Program-made: the position numbers and the translations under genes
In this document: piece by piece, positions 12,525-26,763 of the stretch
Position numbering within the stretch: the first letter of the stretch is position 1
Layout of the letters: every line of letters starts with the position of its first letter
Source: Leucoraja erinacea
Lineage: Eukaryota
Reading direction: 5' to 3'
Length of the DNA stretch: 64,000 nucleotides
NCBI RefSeq assembly: GCF_028641065.1
Contig: NC_073403.1
Location: 2,852,001-2,916,000, forward strand
Notes under the pieces: model-generated
What the model was told of the DNA's origin: nothing
What the model saw: only the letters and a program-made list of their open reading frames with translations
The model's database searches: none

Positions 12525-15500
12525 GTTTAATTTCACTACATGAGCTGACGTTGCTGGAAACCAGGGACTGTGGATGGGGCAAATTAGCATGTAAATCCAG
12601 GATCAGCTTGGATTATTAAACCCAGCATGAATGCAATCTGTGGATCTGTAATTCTCATTTTTTATCAAATGCTTTGTCCCTGAAACATATGCAGCAGGAT
12701 TCAGAACATAACAAGTTGGGCGCTAACAGCTGAGAATGCTTAATTGCATCTTTTTGCACCTTCTACATGACTGTGTTCTGGACAGTAATCAGCCAGCGAG
12801 GAGCTCATGGGTGCCCTCTCATGGAGAGATGATTTGATTTGTAGATGGAACATGTTATTTCAAGAGTCAAGGTCATAGCTACTGAAATGGAAGTATGAAA
12901 TTCTTACTTGTGGCAGCACAATGTATATGTGAGCACGGTACTCTGTAAACACCGTCATAAACAACACAAAATAAACTCAGTATGGAACAATAATAGTGCA
13001 AAGACAAAATTAATTTCCCCAAAGTCTATCAAGTTCAGAGTGTAATTGTAACTTGTAGCATAAAATCTCCAAACATCTTTTTGGAAAATTGACTTTTTTT
13101 AACTAATAAAAACCTATTCTGACAGTAGGTGCGGGCTCTCCACAACTTGCATCTCCATTCTTTAAGTGACTTGCAAAATTCTCAGATAGACCACTGATTC
13201 GTCAGAATTAGGTGTGTGAATTGCGGTTCAGTTATTAATTTAGTTTATTGTCACGTGTACAGTGGTACAGTGAAAAGCTTTTGTTGCATGCTATCCAGTC
13301 AGCAGAAAGACAATACATGATTATAATCGAGCCATTTACAGTGTATAGACACATGACAAAGGGATAATGTTTAGTGCAAGGTAAAGCTAGTAAAGTCCGA
13401 ACAAGGATAGTCCAAGGGTCATCAATTAGGTGGACAGATGGATAGTAAGATGAAGGATATGGAGGCTTTGGTGCAGGACAGGTTTACCTGAATGCCAGAC
13501 CCGTAACGTCACCTATCCATGTTCTGCTGAGATGCTGCCTGACCCAAAATGCTGGAGTAACTCAGCGGGATAGGCAGCATCTCTGGAGAGAAGGAATGAG
13601 TGACGTTTCGAGTCGAGACCCTCCTTCACCCATTCCATCTCTCCCGCTGAGCTACTCCAGCATTTTGTGTCTACCTTCGATTTAAAACAGCATCTGCAGT
13701 TCTTTCCTACACATGCTGCCTGACCCATTGAGTTGCTCCAGCACTCCCTGTCTTCATTACCAGATTTACCAGTGTTACCTTAAGAAGAGGTTGGACAAAC
13801 TTGGATTGTTTTATCTGGAGAGTCAGGAGGCAGAGGGGCGACCTGATAGAAGATTATAAAATTATGAGAGGCGTAGATAGGGTAGACAGTCAGAACATTT
13901 ATCCCAGGATGGGAATGTCAAAGTTTGGAGAGCATAGGTTTAAGGTTTAAGGGACAAAGTTTAAAGAAGATACTGTATGTGGGATGTTTTCTCCTTCACA
14001 TGGAGAGTGCTGGAATGAGGATGAAATATGAAGAAAGACTGGATAGACTCGGCTTGTACTCGCTAGAATTTAGAAGATTGAGGGGGGATCTTATAGAAAC
14101 TTACGACATTCTTAAGGGGTTGGACAGGCTAGATGCAGGAAGATTGTTCCCAATGTTGGGGAAGTCCAGAACAAGGGGCCACACACAGTTTAAGGATAAG
14201 GGGGATGTCCTTTAGGACCGAGATGAGGAAAACATTTTTCACACAGAGAGTGGTGAATCTGTGGAATTCTCTGCCACAGAAGGTAGTTGAGGCCACAGTT
14301 CATTGGCTATGTTTAAGAGGGAGTTAGATGTGGCCCTTGTGGCTAAAGGGATCAGGGGGCATGGAGAGAAGGCAGGTACGGGATACTGAGTTGGATGATC
14401 AGCCATGAGGAGACAGATTCACTTCTGTGACCAGCATGCAGAGAATCGCCGAGCTTGGGTGCTCTAGGTGGTTTATGCATGCAACCTATAATGTAGCTAC
14501 CTCATCACCATTAACACGCCCCATCATATCAGTATAACTATGATCTCCTCCCCTTCCTTCCTCCCATTTAGTCCTGGTACGCCTGAAGGCTGGATGCAGC
14601 CAGTGCTGGGACGTGTGCCATGTGCTATAATCAAGGCTCTAGTAAAGGTTACTGTGCGTCAGACTGAGTCCCTTTACAGGTGCCATACTGTAAGTGGGTC
14701 CCCACTACTCCAGGCACCATCCTGGTGAATCACCTCAACACTCTCTCCAGCACAAATCAATTCTTCCTACAGTGTGTGGGGCAGAACTGCACACTGTAAT
14801 CATATCTAATCATGTCAGTGTTCGGTAACGTTGTAACATACAACCTCCTGACTTTGATAGTTATTATTGAATCTCCCTCTACTGTATGGTAACTCAAATC
14901 TCACTGTAACACTTGGTGCATGTGACAATAGACAATAGGTGCAGGCGTAGAGGACATTAGGCCCCTCGAGCCAGCATCGCCATTCAATGTGATCATGGCT
15001 GATCATCCCCGATCAATACCCCGTTCCTGCCTTCTCCCCATATCCCCTGACTCTGCTATTTTTAAGAGCCCTATCTAGCTCTCTCTTGAAAGCATCCAGA
15101 GAACCTGCCTATGAGGCAGAGAATTCCACAGACTCACCACTCTCTGTGAGAAAAAGTGTTTCCTCGTCTCCGTTCTAAATGGCTTACTCCTTATTTTTGA
15201 ACTGTGTGTGGCCCCTGGTTCTGGACTCCCCCAACATCGGGAACATGTTTCCAGCCTCTAGTGTGTCCAAGCCCTTAACAATCTTATATGTTACAATAAA
15301 TGTTATTTGAACTTGGTTTCTGATCCATAGGCCAGCTATCAGGGCCAGCACTATTAGTGAAATGTGACTCTAATGCTGTTGGGCAGCAGAGCAGAGCAGC
15401 GGTAGAATTGCTGCCTCACCGCGCCAAATAAAAACTCTCGATTAGTCTATTTCGCCTAGAATTTATAGGTTTGGATAGAGTGGATGTGGAGTCATTGCCT

Positions 15501-17507
15501 CAAAATTAAAGGATGTTCTTTTAGGAAGGAGATGAGGAGGAATTTCTTCAGTCAGAGGGTGGGGAATCTGTGGAATTCTTTGCCACAGAAGGCTGTGGAG
15601 ACAAAATCAGTGGATATTTTTTAAGGCGGAGATGGACAAATTGTTGACTAGTACAGGTGTCAGATATTACGGGGAGAAGGCAGGAGGGTGGGGTTAGGAC
15701 AGGGAGATAGATCAGCCATGATTGAATGGTGGAGTAGACTGGATGGGCCGAATGGCCTAATTCTAATCCTATCACTGATGATCTTACTACCTGGCTATCT
15801 ACCTTACTATCTGCCAAGGCAGGAGGGTGGGAGTAGGGGTTCGGCCGAACTTCACTAGGACTTCAGGGAGAGGTGCAATAGATCAGCCAAACAAAATGAT
15901 TGAATGGGACTGGCTGCTACGTGGCAAACTGCCATGCGGTGATGGAGCCGAAATGGACCGCCTATCTCACCAGGGACTAACTCTACAGAACGTCCTTCCA
16001 TTATTTATTATGTAAATGAATATGTGTGTTATGATTGTGTTTATAATTTGTTTGGTTGTTTTGTTGTTTGTCTTTTGCACAAAAGTCCGCGAGCATTGCC
16101 ACTTTCATTTCACTGCACATCTCGTATGTGTATGTGACAAATAAACTTGACTTGACTTGACTTGGCTCCACAGATTGACTTATTGAGTGACTGGCACAAT
16201 AGAAGCGACAAGATAGCCGGGGACAGAGAGGGAGGAGGGGGTGGGGGAAACGAAGACAAAATGTGCAAACTGGAGTTTAGAAGGATGAGAGGGTATCTCA
16301 TTGAAACATATAGGATTGTTAAGGGTTTGGACACGCTAGAGGCAGGAAACACGTTCCCGATGTAGGGGGAGTCCAGAACCATGGGCCACAGTTTAAGAAT
16401 AAGGAGTAAGCCATTTAGAACGGAGACGAGGAAACACATTTTCTCACAGAGAATTGTGAGTCTGTGGAATTCTCTGCCTCAGAGGGTGGTGGAGGCAGGT
16501 TCTCTGGATGCTTTCAAGAGAGAGCTAGATAGGGCTCTTAAAAATAGCGGAGTCAGGGGATATGGGGAGAAGGCAGGAACGGGTTACTGATTGGGGATGA
16601 TCAGCCATGATCACATTAAATGGCGGTGTTGGCTCGAAGGGTTGAATGGCCGACTCAATTCAATTGTTTTCAATTTAAAAACTTTATTGGCATGATAAAA
16701 ACATTGTTATATTGCCATAGTATAAAACATGACATACATATTTAAAATGCATAAGTATAAATACAAGTATACAGTGCATGGATAGATATGTCCCTGTACA
16801 TAAACTCGCAATAGGCCTAAAGCCCTTTATTGATTGCTACACATTCTTGCAGCTGTATGCAGTACAACACAATAGCAAGTTTAGCAATTCAATATTAATT
16901 TCTTAGATTCAGATTCAGATTCAGATTCAACTTTAATTGTCATTGGCAGTGTACAGTACAGAGGCAACGAAATGCAGTCAGTTAATGTCAATTAGTGTGT
17001 GCGTGCATATGTTCATGTTGGTCATTCACCGTCTCTCAGGTTATGGCATGCTGTTACGTATTGTGCATCAAGATGTGCCGTATTTCCTTCGCCAAGGATT
17101 ATTCTTAGTTTTGATGTGGTGAATCTCTGGAACTCTCTGCCACAGGGGGTAGTTGAGGCCAATTCATTGGCTATATTTAAGAGGGAGTTAGATGTGGCCC
17201 TTGTGGCTAAGGGGATCAGAGGGTATGGAGAGAAGGCAGGTACGGGATACTGAGTTGGATGATCAGCCATGATCATATTGAATGGCGGTGCAGGCTCGAA
17301 GGGCCGAATGGCCTACTCCTGCACCTAATTTCTATGTTTCTATGATGTATCATCTAGTTCTTTAAAATCAGGGGTTGCCACCCTGAGTTTGTCAAAGTAT
17401 GCTTTCCTGCACCTATTGTCTATTATCTATAAAAGCAAACAGCCAGGAGAGGGTCCAGACCAAAGATCCTATAGCGGAGGATCTTTGGCCCAGACCTATA
17501 ACTTACG

Positions 17508-17541
17508 AGTCTGAAGAAGGGTTTTGGCCCGAAACGTCGCC
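17508..17541 (+). ncRNA. Minimal type I hammerhead ribozyme motif
   Basis: AGU CUGAAGA A GGGU UUUG GCCC GAAAC GUC GCC. Confidence 0.65.
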
Positions 17542-18779
17542 TATTTCCTTTGCTCCATAGATGGACTGTTTGCCCTCCTCCCATTAGGGAGGCGGTACAG
17601 GAGCCTCAGGTCTCGTACCAGTAGGATGAGAAACAGCTTCTACAATAATACCATCACATTGCTGAACTCGGAGTCCTGCCGATAGACTTCTCCAGTCTCT
17701 CCGTCCACATTGTTCGATTATTGTTTGATTATTCTGTATTTTTATTTTTATTTCTATATTGCACTATACTACGGACTGACGCTAAACTGCATTTCGTTGT
17801 ACCCATACTCGTATTTGTGCAATCACATTAAAGTTGAATTGAATTGAATTGAATGTCTTGTATCCAGGACAAGGGGTCACAGCTTAAGGATAAGGGGGAA
17901 ATCCTTTAAAACCGAGATGAGGAGAACTTTTTTCACACAGAGAGTGGTGAATCTCTGGAACTCTCTGCCACAGAGGGTAGTTGAGGCCAGTTCATTGGCT
18001 ATATTTAAGAGGGAGTTAGAAGGGAGTTGACTCTGACATCGGGGGGAGAGGGAAGTGCAGGGGAGAGATACGTTTTTTTTTCCTTCCATCACAGCGAGGT
18101 GGAGATGCGCTGTGATGGATGTCTGTGTAAATTGTGTTGTGTCTTGGGTCTTTTTTTTATTGTATGTATGACTGCTGAAAATTAGTTTTCACTTGTTTTG
18201 TTATTTGTTCAAGTGACAAATAAATTGTAGCATTGCCACTTGTCATTTCATGCACATCTCGTATGTGTATGTGGGGATAAGAGGGTATTGACTTGTATCA
18301 CAGCTCGTAACACCAAAGATCCTATAGCAAAGCCATGATCATATTGAATGGTGTGCAGGCTCGAAGGGCCGAATGGCCTACTCCTGCACCTAATTTCTAT
18401 GTTTCCATGTATGTATGTTATGATTGTGTTTATAATTTGTTTGGTTGTTTTTGTTGTTTGTCTTTTCCACAAAAGTCCGCGAGCATTGCCACTTTCATTT
18501 CACTGCACATCTCGTATGTGTATGACTCTGACATCGGGGGGGGGGGGGGGGGGCAGGGGAGTGGATAGATAAGTTTATTTTGGCCTTCCATCACAGCCAT
18601 GTGATGGATGTTTATGTAAAATGTAATTATGTTGTGTCTGGGGTCTATTTGTGTGTAATGTATGGCTGCAGAAACGGCATTTCATTTGGACCTCCAGGGG
18701 TCCAAATGACAATTAAATAGACTATTGACTATTGATATGTGACAAATAAACTTGACTTGACTTGTGTCACAGCTCCTAA

Positions 18780-18940
18780 CACTTCCGCATCCCTGGTCAT
18801 TTCCTGGTCCCCCCGTCACGTGACGAGGTTGAATCGCGCCCCCACCCCCCCGGCTTCAGGGGGAGTACGCGCTTGCGTCATCGCGCGTTACGCGTTACGT
18901 CGATATATCCCAGAATGCACGGCGCGCGGCCTCTTTCCCT
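18780..18940 (+). promoter_or_regulatory. RPL23 promoter with 5'TOP/TCT initiator
   Basis: CpG-rich region. ETS/GABP-like CACTTCCG at 18780, palindromic E-box GTCACGTGAC at 18815-18824, TATA-like GATATATC at 18902, and pyrimidine tract CTCTTTCCCT at 18931-18940 just before the Kozak sequence GCCACCATG. Confidence 0.8.
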
Positions 18941-18952
18941 GCGCCAGCCACC

Positions 18953-18965
18953 ATGTCTAAGCGAG
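18953..18965 (+). CDS. RPL23: RPL23 (60S ribosomal protein uL14) coding exon 1 of 5; CDS spans 18953-27875, 423 nt, 140 aa
   Basis: ATG TCT AAG CGA G|GTAAG (MSKR G). Exon sizes 13+84+129+114+83 join in frame. Confidence 0.95.
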
Positions 18966-19179
18966 GTAAGCGGGAGGAGAGACCGGGCCCGGCATAATCC
19001 GCCGCCATCCGCTGTCGGGGTTACAACATCATGGACGTTACCGCCCCAGCCCGTCGTGTAACCACCCTAGCCGTCTTTCCACCCGGGTATTGGTCGACCA
19101 TCAACTAGATTACGCGGGTGGTAGATAGATGTTGGGAGTTGTTCTCCGGTGGCCCTGCCGCCATGTTGGGGGGGATGGT

Positions 19180-19610
19180 GGTGCTGGTGGGACTGGTCCT
19201 CCTGCTGGTCCTCCCAGCCAGGCCACTGTTCTGTGCATTGCAGTCAGCAACATGGGCTTGAGGACTCTCTTGAGGACTCTGGATCCCAGCTGGTGGGGCT
19301 GGTGCTCCTGCTGGTGGGGCTGGTGCTCCTGCTGGTGGGGCTGGTCCTCCTGCTGGTCCTCCCAGCCAGGCCACTGCTCTGTGCATTGCAGTCAGCAACC
19401 TGGGCTTTGGGGCTCTCTGATGAGGAGGAGGCCTCTGGATCCCAGCTGGTTGGGCTGGTGCTCCTGCTGGTTGGGCTGGTCCTCCTGCTGGTGCTCCTGG
19501 TCCTCCTGCTGGTGCTGCCAGCCAGGCCACTGCTCTGTGCATTGCAGTCAGCAACCTGGGCTTGAGGACTCCCTGATGAGGAGGATGAGGCCTCTGGATC
19601 CCAGCTGGAT
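19180..19610 (+). repeat. Nested tandem repeat in RPL23 intron 1 (21-bp GGCTGGTSCTCCTGCTGGTKG units inside three higher-order units)
   Basis: The block CAGCCAGGCCACTG.TCTGTGCATTGCAGTCAGCAAC..GGGCTT occurs three times, separated by 21-bp repeats. Confidence 0.9.
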
Positions 19611-21547
19611 TCATGCATCTCTCAACTGTGGAGCCAGAGTGATGCAAAGGCCACTTCATGGCACAAGTCAGCAGCCTTGTACTTCCACGGTCCCTTTCCC
19701 AGCACTGTAGTTCTGTGTGTGCCTCCTTTAACAGTCCTGTCTTTCTGGTTTCATAGAAACATAGACATTAGGTGCAGGAGTAGGCCGAATGGCCTACTCC
19801 TGCACCTAATTTCTATGTTTCTATTCGGCCCTTCGAGCCTGCACCATTCGCCATTCAATATGATCATGGCTGATCATCCAACTCAGTATCCCGTACCTGC
19901 CTTCTCTCCATACCCCCTGATCCCTTTAGCCACAAGGGCCACATCTAACTCCCTCTTAGCCAATGAACTGTGGCTTCAACTACCCTCTGTGGCAGAGTTC
20001 CAGAGATTCACCACTCTCTGTGCGAAAAATGTTTCCCCCTGTAGTCCTGTATGCCCTCCCTCCTCTTTAGCAGTTGTGCAGGGTCTTGGTGAGAGTGAGA
20101 CTATTATCCAGGTCAAGGGGTCACAGTTTAAGGATAATGGGGAAATCTTTTAGGACCGAGATGAGGAAAACTTTTTTCACACAGAGAGTGGTGAATCTGT
20201 GGAATTCTCTGCCGCAGAAGGTAGTTGAGGCCAGTTCATTAGCTATATTTAAGAGGGAGTTAGATGTGGTCCTTGTGGCTAAAGGGATCAGGGGGTATGG
20301 AGAGAAGGCAGGTACAGGATACTGAGTTGGTTGATCAGCCATGATCATATTGAATGGCTGTGCAGGCTCGAAGGGCCGAATGGCCTACTCCTGCACCTAT
20401 TTTCTATGTATCTATGGAAAAAGTCAGCAGCCTTGTACTTCCATGGTCCCTTTCCCAGCCTTGTAGTTCTGTGTGTGCCTCCTGTCTTTCTGGTTTCCCC
20501 CTTTAGTCCTGTATGCCCCCCCCCCCCCCCCCCAAACAGTTGTAGTTCTGTGTTCTTTAGCAGCCTTTAACAGTGTTGTAGTCATGTATGGCCCCCCTTC
20601 AGCAGTCTTTACTTTTGTACCTCCTCCCCACAAACTTAGTAGCCCTGTACCCCCTTTAGCAACCTTGTTTCCAGCTATCTTCCCATTCCTTGAAGAACAC
20701 CAAAATATTGGATTGCAGCATCAATTGCAGTGAATCTTTCGTTTTCTACTAAGTTTATGTTGAGGTATGTGCGCCTTTGAACTGCTGCTAGGCTGGGAAA
20801 TGGTAGTTCTGGTTCAGTGTTCTTCACTCTTTATTTTTCACTTTTGCACTACCTGATGTACCTGTCAATGATATGAATTGTTGAGAGGTGTGTAAGACAC
20901 TTGGCCATGATAACAAACAATACCAATACAAGGCCTTTTATTGCCACGTGTACCAATGTTAGGTCCAGCGATGTATCCTTATCACCTTGAATATAATATG
21001 AAGGACTGGCATCCCTGTCCTAAGATATAAATGTGCTTCACCAAGTTAATTATTGAGTTGAGTGGGTAACAGTTGTCACAAGCAGAGTCAATGCAGTCTT
21101 GAATTTAGAACGGCGGTGATCTTTTTAAATGGGTATTGTTTGTTTTAAAATTTCCTCTGACTTGAGGTGTCTTAAATCAAGAGGTCGGCCCCAATAACGA
21201 GTGTAAAAAGGAAAGGTAAAAAGTCTGAACAAGGGTTCTGACACAAAACATCGTCCATCTCATTTCTCCAGAGATGCTGCCTGGCCCACTGAGCTGCCCA
21301 GCATTTTGTGTCTTATCGCACAAAACAATTGGCCATTTGGGGCTGGGAAATTTCTTGACATGAGAATAGTAACGCTTTTGAATTCTCTAGCCAATAAGGA
21401 CTATGGAGATTTAAACGTTAATGATTTTTAGATACTAATGCAAGGCAATATTTTAGACCAGGTTTGAGGGAAATACGAGTGGACTTGAATTAATTCTAGT
21501 AATTAAGTATTTTCCTCCTGGGTTAAATAATCCACTCACCTCTATAA

Positions 21548-21685
<138 letters not shown>

Positions 21686-22545
21686 TAGAAGAAACAGTGC
21701 ACAACCTGTGAGTCACCGTATCTAAGGATTGGTATAAAATGTGCACTGTGGTGCAGTTGGTAGAGCTGCTGCCTCACGGCACCAGCGACCCAGGTTCGAT
21801 CCTGATCTCAATGTGCTGTTTGCACTTTCTCCCTGTGACTACCTGGGTTTCTTCCGGGTGCTTGGGTTTCCTCCCACATCCCAAAGACGTGCGAGCTTGT
21901 AGATTAATTGGCTTCGCTAAATTGCCCGTCGTGTGTGGGGAATGGATGAGAATGTGGGATAACAGAACTAACAGAACTTTGAATGGACAGACACTAAATG
22001 CTGGAGTAACTCAGTGGGACAGGCAAGGAATGGGTGATGTTTTGGGTCTCGACCTGAAACGTCGCCCATTCCTTCTCTCCAGAGATGCTGCCTGTCCCAC
22101 TGAGTTACTCCAGCTTTTAGTGGCTTGGGTCTAAACCAATTTCTGCAGTTCCTTCCTACAGAGTTGGAATGGTGGTCAGTGGAGATTTAGTGGGTGGGAG
22201 GGGCCTGTTTCCATACTGAATCACAAATTGTTTTATTTCCTGTGGTGTTTGTTATTTGCAGAGGCCGTTTGTTTTGTTGACCCATTCGCTCGATTGAGTG
22301 CATTGTTGTGTTTAATGCAGTTGTTTCTGGCTGCATTGGTTGCTGATTATGAATCAATCCAAAGCCTGCAGTTAACTTGCATAAGACACCTGATTATATC
22401 TAATAAGTTGATGGTGAAAGTCAATCCTCCCCATCATCGACTACATCTGCCTTTCACACTGCCTTGGGTAGGTAGCTAACATAATCCATGGCCCTTTACA
22501 CCCGTGGTCATAAGGCCAGATACAAAACCTGGAAAGTGATTCAAT

Positions 22546-23707
22546 AACAAGGTCCCACATAAGAGATTAGTATGCACACTTAAAGCACACGGTATTGGGG
22601 GTTCAGTATTGATGTGGATAGAGAACTGGCTGGCAGACAGGAAGCAAAGAGTAGGAGTGAACGGGTCCTTTTCAGAATGGCAGGCAGTGACGTGGGGTAC
22701 CGCAAGGCTCAGTGCTGGGACCCCAGCTATTTACAATATACATTAATGATCTGGATGAGGGAATTGAATGCAACATCTCCAAGTTTGCGGATGACACGAA
22801 GCTGGGGGGGGCAGTTGTTAGCTGTGAGGAGGATGCTAGGAGGCTGCAAGGTGACTTGGATAGGTTGGGTGAGTGGGCAAATACATGGCAGATGCAGTAT
22901 AATGTGGATAAATGTGAAGTTATCCACTTTGGTGGCAAAAACAGGAAAGTAGATTATCTGAATGGTGGCTGATTAGGAAAAGGGGCGATGCAACGAGAAC
23001 TGGGTGTCATGGTACACCAGTCATTGAAAGTAGGCATGCAGGTGCAGCAGGCAGTGAAGAAAGCGAATGGTATGTTACAAATTCATAGCAAAAGGATTTG
23101 AGTATAGGAGCAGGGAGGTTCTACTGCAGTTGTACAGGGTCTTGGTGAGACCACACCTAGAGTTTTGTGTACAGTTTTGGTCTCCTAATCTGAGGAAAGA
23201 CATTCTTGCCATAGAGGGAGTACAGAGAAGGTTCACCAGACTGATTCCTGGGATGGCAGGACTTTCATATGAAGATAGACTGGATAGACTCTGCTTGTAC
23301 TCGCTAGAATTTAGAACATTGAGGGGGGATCTTATAGAAACTTACAAAATTCTTGTATTGGGTTGGACAGGCTAGATGCAGGAAGATTGTTCCCGATGTT
23401 GGGGAAGTCTAGAACAAGGGGTCACAGTTTAAGGATAAGGGGGAAGTCTTTTAGGACCGCGATAAGAAAAATATTTTTCACACAGAGAATGGTGAATCTC
23501 TGAAATTCTCTGCTACAGAAGGTAGTTGAGGCCAGTTCATTGGATATATTTAAGAGGGAGTTAGATGTGGCCCTTGTGGCTAAAGGGATCAGGGGGTATG
23601 GAGAGAAAGCAGGTACGGGATACTGAGTTGGATGATCGGCCATGATCATATAGAATGGTAGGCTCGAAGGGCTGAATGGCCTCCTGCTTCTATGTTCTAT
23701 GTTTCTA
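22546..23707 (+). mobile_element. CR1-clade LINE, 5'-truncated (RT FADD motif to 3' tail), in RPL23 intron 2
   Basis: LGPQLFTIYINDLDEGIECNISKFADDTKLGG...VRPHLEFCVQFWSP; frameshifted; (CTATGTTT)n-type tail. Confidence 0.93.
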
Positions 23708-23884
23708 ACAGCTTCTTCCCTGTTGTTTCAGACAACAAACCAGTTCTGCCAGAAGCTGGGGTGTGGTGCCCATCTTCAAGCCTACCTCATTGTGAACTTT
23801 TTTCCCCGTAGTACTATATTCTACACTTATTTTGCCTCTGTACTTGTTTATGACTTGATAGTACTTGTGTATAGTTTGATTTGA

Positions 23885-24163
<279 letters not shown>

Positions 24164-24868
24164 TGAGCTCTTCGAAGTCGCGAGGATGCGGCGCCATGCA
24201 AGCGCCTAATAAGTCCGTAGATCATCCCGCCACAATAACCTGTTAGTCCACAGAAAGGTAATTCTGGAATGTAGATGTGCTTTACATTCCCTTCCCGTGG
24301 ACAACCCGGAATGTAAATCTGGATGAAATCCGTTCATTTTTCAGCCAAATTATCTATTGTCAGGTAGTGCTGGGAATGGTTTATTGCTCCATGGTGTCTA
24401 CACTCTGCGGCACAGCGGCAGAGACCCAGGTTCCACCCTGACTATGGGTGCTGTCTGTACGGAGTTTGTACGTACTGCCCGTGACCTGCGTGGGTTTTGG
24501 TTTGCTCTGGGGTTGCTCCTACACTCCCAAAGACATAGGTTTGTAGGTTAACTGGCTTGGTATCATTGTAAATTGTCCCCGGTGTGTAGGATAGTGTCAA
24601 TGTACAGGGATCGCTGGTCGGTGTGGACTCGGTGGGTCAAAGGATCTGTCTCCGTGCTGAATCTCCACACTAAAACACAGCACGGAGATGGTGATTTCAG
24701 GAAGTATGGAGACCAATTTTGAGCAGCCACTTCAAATATTGGAGGTTTGTTGGGTTATGTTGTGTTTCTTTTTCATCATTAAATCACTGAGTGAAAGTCT
24801 ACTGTAGTTTGCCTATTGAGTACCCATGTCATGGAATATCCTGACTTGGTTCCACTGACAGAATGGGT

Positions 24869-25008
24869 CACCCTCCTAAAAGCACTTGCTTGGTCCATGC
24901 CGTGGCTGTGGTGAGTTGTCGTGGATGGGGAAAGTAATTCATTCATTGCTCTTGGGTGAGATTGCAGATATTTTGTGCTGTACATTCTCAATCGACAGTG
25001 GAACAGTT
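24869..25008 (+). ncRNA. SNORA21: SNORA21-like H/ACA snoRNA (copy 1, RPL23 intron 3)
   Basis: Two-hairpin layout with H box AAAGTA (24931-24936) and ACA at 25003-25005. The blocks AAAAGCACT..GAGTTGTC and TTGGGTGA..TCAATC resemble SNORA21, whose known host is RPL23. Paralogous to 26627-26763. Confidence 0.82.
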
Positions 25009-26193
25009 CAACAGCATTACCTATTGCTTGGCGGAAAGAATGACCTGCTTCAATGTCACGCCTTCCATGGCCTGGGAACATCGCGCAGTGCATTTGATCT
25101 GTAGTTTCTGGGGTAACTGCGAGAGAGCAGCAGCCAGTCTGCACATAGCAGCATTGCATACATTCCTGTGCAATAATTCTTTTAAGATAGAACTGCAGAT
25201 GCTGGAAAAATCAAAGGTAGACTGAAATGCTGAAGAAACTCAGTGGGTGAGGCACCATCTATGGAGATAGGGAATAGGAGGCCTTTCGGGTCACGGCCCT
25301 TCAGAATCTATACAAAACTATGCAAATCTATGTTTATGGAGAGAAGGAATAAGTGACGTTTTGGGTCGAGACCCTTCTGTCGCCTATTCCTTCTCTCCGT
25401 AGTTGCTGCCTCACCCGCTGAGTTTCTCCAGCATTTTGTGTCTACCTTCCTGTGGGATAAAACATTTTTAGTTTGTAAATCCTGGTCACGGTACCAATAA
25501 CTTGAATGAACAGTGCCATGAATTTTATCTTCTGTCATCAGCATAACATTATAACAGCTTAGGTGGCCTAGTGGCGCAGCGGTAGAGCTGCTGCCTTACA
25601 ATGGCAGATACCCGGATTTGATTCTCACTCTGGGTGCTGTCTGCACAGTTTGCATGTTCTCCCCGTGACCATGTGGGTTTTCTCCAGGTGTTCATCCCAC
25701 ATTCCAAAGACGTACAGGTTTGTAGGTTAATTGGCCATGGTAAGTTGTAAAATTGTCCCTAATGTGTAGAATAGTGTTTATGTGCGAGGTGATCGCTGGT
25801 CGGCGTGGACTCGAGCCAAAGGGCTAGTTTTCGCGCAATGAATTCAATGAATTACTGCTGATAATGCAGAGTGTTCATGTCTGGAGTGGCGGGTTGAGCT
25901 CGTAACCTTTGGATTCAGCTGGCAATGCTGCTGACAAACTTCATGCAATACTATTTAGAGCCTTTTTTTGTATCTTGTTCGTGCTATTTAAACACTCTTT
26001 AGCCAAACTCTTTGTGCATGTAACTACCACAACATGCGTGTTGGCAACCAAACCAAACTCAGTCGCTGCTGATGACTTGGAACGAGTCCGGGGTATTGTT
26101 CTTTGTGCCGTGCCGTCAGTAAAGGAGGGGGCTCCTGCAAATCGTTAAGTGAAATTATTTCAACTGAATCAACCCATGTGTGAGAAGATATGA

Positions 26194-26478
<285 letters not shown>

Positions 26479-26626
26479 TGACTTTGAATTAAACACTAGT
26501 TCAAACATTCTGAAGAGGTATCCTGTGTCCATCAGCATGGATAAGGGCAGCATTATATCGATGAATGGCTCCAATACGTTTTTAACCTTTTCAGAACTCA
26601 ATAGTTTTATCTGTCAGATGGTCTAT

Positions 26627-26763
26627 TCCCTTCCAAAAAGCACTTGCTTTGCCTGTTCTCAGTGGCTCGGTGAGTTGTCAAGGGAGGCAAAGAAACACAT
26701 TGCTTTTGGGTGAGGTGGCAGCTTTTAACGTGCTGTTCAATCTCAATCAGTGATGTGACATTT
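26627..26763 (+). ncRNA. SNORA21: SNORA21-like H/ACA snoRNA (copy 2, RPL23 intron 4)
   Basis: H box AAAGAA (26689-26694). The second hairpin, CATTGCTTTTGGGTGAGGTGGCA...TCAATCAGTGATGTGACA, ends in ACA at 26758-26760 and closely resembles SNORA21. Confidence 0.88.

Noticed and set aside
19105-19710. Overlapping ORFs of 124-193 aa in RPL23 intron 1
   Set aside because: The tandem repeat lacks stops in several frames, and there is no recognisable protein.
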